A stretch of 49,193 bases of DNA, counting the filler, from Jimgerdemannia flammicorona (Eukaryota), in NCBI GenBank assembly GCA_003990765.1. It is 2 parts of 2 records of this genome, joined end to end, with 100 filler letters (N's around TTAATTAATTAA, not from the genome) between each part and the next. Parts side by side here need not be neighbours in the genome. Positions count along the whole stretch, not along the records: positions 24,649 to 49,193 come from RBNJ01000961.1; 1 more part is not named here. One strand, 5' to 3'. The notes under the pieces were generated by a model. It saw nothing but the letters and a program-made list of their open reading frames with translations, was not told where the DNA came from and ran no database searches. The translations under genes were made by a program, and so were the position numbers. Of this stretch, positions 44,752-49,193 are shown one piece after another (positions within the stretch are counted from its first letter, which is position 1; each line of letters starts with the position of its first letter).

Positions 44752-47700
44752 ATGGCCACTTTATTGCCAATCTTTGCAGGATACCTAGAGGAAGACCCCA
44801 GAGAATTCCTTGATGGAATCGAAGGAATCGCAGCCTTGAGGAATCTCTCAGATGAAAGGAAGATTGCCATCTACAAAGCTCAGCTCAGAGAATCAGCCAG
44901 AGGGATTTTCCATCGAACAGCAAATAACTCAGATTCAGAACTAGCAAGACAGATACAAGCAGCAGTCTCCTATGAGCTAGAATATCAGGCCATGGTCAAC
45001 TGGCTCATAGAAAAGTATGCAGGAAATGAAACCTGCCACAAGGCCCAGGAATCCATCATGGGAATGAAGATGAATCTTGGAGAATCACCCAGAGCCTTCT
45101 TCACAAGAATCCAGAAGAGAATGCACTCTGCTGGGTTCAATGTCACCAACCAAGACATCATAGGTCCAATGACCTTCATGAATGGAATTCCCCCAAATAT
45201 TGCCCAGCATGTCCACACCCTAGGCATCAGAAGGTCTGAAGAGCAAGTAGATGCAGCCCAAGGATTCTTTGATGTCAGGCAAGGAACTACCTGGAGTGAC
45301 CATGACAAGAAGGAAGATAAAGAAGATATCCTGGTCAAAGCCCTACAAGGACTCCTTCAAGGACAAGAAAGGTCTGAAGAAAGAAGGCCAGCCAAGGAAG
45401 GAAAGAAGGACAGAAGTGAAATTCAAGACCTCAGCTCGAAGTTAGACTGATTGGTTGGGCAGATTGAAAAACTCACTACACGCAAAAACTGGAACTACCA
45501 AAACAACAGAGGATACTCACTACAGAGGAGCCAAGGTTATCCACCAAGAGTTAACAGGAATTACCAGCAAGAAGAAAGAAGGTACCCTGCCTGAGACAGA
45601 GCCCAAGTCCAATGCTTCTACTGTAGACAATTCAGACACTATGCCACTGAATGTGATAACAAAAGAAGTGACCGAAGGGACTCAGAACCACAAAACTGAA
45701 GGAATGACACTCAGTACAAGAAGACTGAAGGCCATCCTGTTGAAGATTTCGAGGAAGCAAGCAATAGTGAAGACTACAGTGACCTAGACTTGTATCCTAC
45801 CAAGGTTACTACCCAAAAGACAGTCTACCCAGCAGAAAAAAGAAAGAGATCTGTGGGAAGACTATCCAGGAACATCAGCAGAAGAATCATTCAAGAAGGA
45901 GATAAGGAACATGAGGAGGAACAAGTTGAAACACCTCCCCAAACCCCCTCACCTTTTGTGCCTGAGACAAATGAGTTGCCACCAGAAGATGAAGAAATGG
46001 AACAAGAAGAATGGGAACCTGCTGCTCCAAAGTCTAAGAAGAAGTACACCCTGAAGACCATGCCTAGAGACATTTACAATGAAGCCTGGCAGAAGATTCA
46101 AGAAGCCAAGATGGAAGTCCCTCTTCTGCAGTTCTTGCAACTGACACCAGCTGGAGTCCGAAACAAATTACTAAGAACCACCAGATCTAGCACTGGCCGA
46201 GTTCCAATCCCACAGCAAGAACCAGCTTCCATCCCAGTTCAAGCAGCTGAAAGACATGTCAGCACCTACTTACATGGAGATATTGGAAGACAAAAAGTGA
46301 AAATCCTCATAGATACAGGAGCAGCTGTCTGTGTTATTGCCAAAAAATTCTTGGACACCCTCCAATGGCCCATTGATGGACCATCCAACCTCAGCATCAT
46401 AGTAGCATATGGAGCCCGAACTCAACCCCTTGGAGAAGTACGAAATATCACTATCTCCCTTGGACACATTCAGTTCTCCATCCCCAAAGCTATTATCACT
46501 GAAGCTGTCACCTATGACATGATCCTTGGCACCAACTAGATGAAGGAAATGAATGCAGTTGTTAATATTGGCCAACAAGAACTCAAGTTTGACTACCGAG
46601 GCAAGAAGTATAGAGTTAAGGTGACCAGCTATGAGCAATCAAAGAAGAAGAAGAAGGTCACCATTCAAGAAGAATATGCCAGCAGTGAGGAGTCTACTAC
46701 AGAGGAAGAAGAAGAATCCGAAGATGGAAATGATCCCAGACTCAATCCACGAATTAACCTGGTGGATGATAGACCAGAAGACAATGTGTGGGCTAAGAAC
46801 ACCATCCCCATTACCATCGGAGCCATTACAGGAGAAGCCAAAGGATGCCCCATATACCTCAAAAGACACAAGTGTCCTGAGCACTCCTCCAAGATCATGG
46901 GAACAAGGAAATCGCCTGGCACAGCCTGCCCAGAATGCAGAAGAAAGAAGAAGAAATGCAGACAAGTTCCAGAAACACCTGTGACCTAAGCTGCAGAAGT
47001 ACAAGCAATTTGGGGTCAAGAATCATCTGAGGAAGAAGAAACTTCTGACCAAGAAGTTCCTGAACAAGAAGCACCTGATGAAGAAGAAGTCCCTGAACTC
47101 ATCCCCTGAGATGACCCTCATTGGACACCACCTGAAGACAATGATCCCTGGAACACAAAAGAAGGACCCAGTACCATCACCATTATCCCCAAGAAAGAAA
47201 CCCACCAGGAGAAAGCTTTCCAGCTAAAAAGATGTCCACATCAAATGGTCTTCCACTCTCCCCGAGACTACTGCTATCAGTGTTATTTATTGGACCAACA
47301 AGAAAGACAGAGACCTCAGAGACCAGAACTCCCAACTACTCTTGCACAGTCTACCACCTTCCAAGAAGTCACCACAAGGCTGCAAAGTCGATTTAGGGGA
47401 CAAGGCTTCTTTACCCGGACAGAAATATACCCCTTGTCTACCCTTCCCCCAACCTATGATCAGGATGGGCACCGATTCCCAAGACAACAAGAGATAAATA
47501 GCCAAGAACATCATTTCCGAGCAATGGGATATTGCAACCATAGAAGACACCCTGACTGCCAAGACTGCAGACATCAGAAGATTCACCTCAGTCATGATGT
47601 TGTAGTGCACACCTTGAAGAAGGGAGATAACCAAAGCCAGATTCGAAAAAGTCAGATTCGAAAAAGCCAGACCAAGAAGCCTGGAAAAAGAATTCTCAAA

Positions 47701-49193
47701 ATCTATGATTTAGGAGAAGACATCCTAGCCCTCATCAGACATACAACCCACCAAGGATGGGCAGAAGATGTCACCAACTTCATGGAAGCCCTTGACCCTA
47801 CAGGAAGGAGGAGAATCAATTATCTCTGAGATCCCTCTACTGGAGCCAGATGGCCACACCTCAACCTTAGAGCTTGGAGGCTTTCTGCCAGTGGAGCTTC
47901 AGTCTTAGGAAAGCCTGAACTCAGCAAGGATATTGCCCAGTATGCCCTGCTACACCCCAAGGCCAAACCCCCGACCAAAGCCCATCCAGAGAATATAAGA
48001 TATGACCTTCACAGCCTGGAGGATGAATCCATCAAGCCTGGAAAAACCTTCATGGTCAGAACCAGATTAGCCATGCAGCCACCTCAAGGAGCTTATATCC
48101 AACTGACCTCAAGGTCTGGACTTGCCAGACAGGGGATAACTGTAGAAGGAGGAACTATTGACCCTGGATATACAGGTGAAATCAAGGTTATCCTACACAA
48201 CAGTAGTGCAGAATGGCACCGAATCATTAGAGGACAGAAGATTGCCCAAGCAGTCTTCATGAAGGTCAAGACCCCACAGTTATAGGAAGTCTCTGAACTA
48301 ACTGAAGGAACAAGACAAGCTGAAGGATTTGGAAGTTCAGACAGAAAAGAGGTACATCTCCTTCAAGTCAACTGCCTCAAGAGGAATGTTCCCCAGCAAG
48401 TATACCGGCAACCAGTCAGACTGCACAAGAATCTCATCCTGGAGCCTGGAGAACAAACTACTTTCGAAATCTTTGCACCACCCGACCCCAGGAACCTTTT
48501 CTTTGAACCGAAGGAAGATATCCCACACCTGGACATAGAGGGACACACATTCCCTAACAAGATGAACCCAGTACACTCCCAAGCAACCAACCAAAGTTGG
48601 GAGACCATCATCCTGCCAAAAGGAACCATCATAGGACATCTGGTGCCTTTTCTCAACCAAACTCATAGGGAAGTTTATGAACTAAATCTATCAGGAAACG
48701 GCAAAAGGTCCCAGAAGAAAGGAAAGGCCCCTCTGCGACCCAGGAGACAGTGAAGCCTTCCACCAACATTGGAGAAGAATTGACACCCCAACAACAGCAA
48801 CAATTAGTAGAACTTCTCAACAAATATCAAGATATCTTCACCACCAATTATGGCAACCTGCCATACAACCCATTATATCACCACAGCATAAATACAGGAA
48901 GTGCAACACCCATCCGGCAGAAACCCTATAGAATACCCCATCACTTGAAAACATTCAAAAAGGAGCACATCCAAGAACTCTTAGACAATGGAGTCATCCG
49001 ACCCTCTACCAGTCCCTGGGCCAGCCCTATACTTATTGTACCAAAGAAAGGAGGATGGAGACTCTACGTGGATTACAGAAAACTCAACTCAGTCACTGAA
49101 AAGGATGCTTATCCTTTGCCAAGAATCGATGACCTTTTGGACCAGCTACAAGATGCCAGATACTTCAGCAGTATGGACCTCTTTGCAGGATTC
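44752..49193 (+). pseudogene. gag-pol: gag-pol of element C (partial)
   Basis: LPIFAGYLEEDPREFL gag, CFYCRQFRHYATEC, LIDTGA; ORFs at 44752, 45790, 46540, 47245, 48052 and 48562 share one frame; frameshift near 48740 before RT. Confidence 0.93.
47938..48342 (+). pseudogene. dut: dUTPase domain between protease and RT (element C)
   Basis: RYDL, RSGLA, GTIDPGYTGEI, GQKIAQ, RQAEGFGSS; one internal TAG. Confidence 0.95.

Larger units (their letters stand above)
42785..49193 (+). mobile_element. Ty3/Gypsy LTR retrotransposon C, 5' part, running off the window
   Basis: LTR, PBS, gag, CCHC, PR, long insert, dUTPase, RT start ([20 protein letters not shown]). Confidence 0.95.

Overview
Eukaryotic, fungal-looking repeat region with no recognisable host gene; the organism cannot be determined from the sequence. 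It contains two complete Ty3/Gypsy LTR retrotransposons: A at 136-9358 (minus strand, chromodomain type) and B at 9878-18684 (plus strand). It also holds the 5' half of a third (C, 42785 to window end), a 3' remnant of a relative of C (D, 35024-37795), a solo LTR, six pieces of one L1/Tx1-like LINE family, a TIR-bounded array of nested hairpins, and a 100-nt scaffold gap. Nearly all coding regions are broken by C>T/G>A nonsense changes. The main result comes from reading through those stops: distinct Gypsy lineages share an accessory toolkit. (1) An uncharacterised gene of up to ~280-300 aa (motifs WxxYxIG and AxK/RxH/YxI, acidic tail) sits in the env-like position in A and D and inside the U3 of both LTRs of B. 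(2) A dUTPase occurs in A, B and C at different polyprotein positions. (3) A CPH-type Cys/His finger lies beside or near the dUTPase in all three. All homologies were judged by eye; no database search was run.
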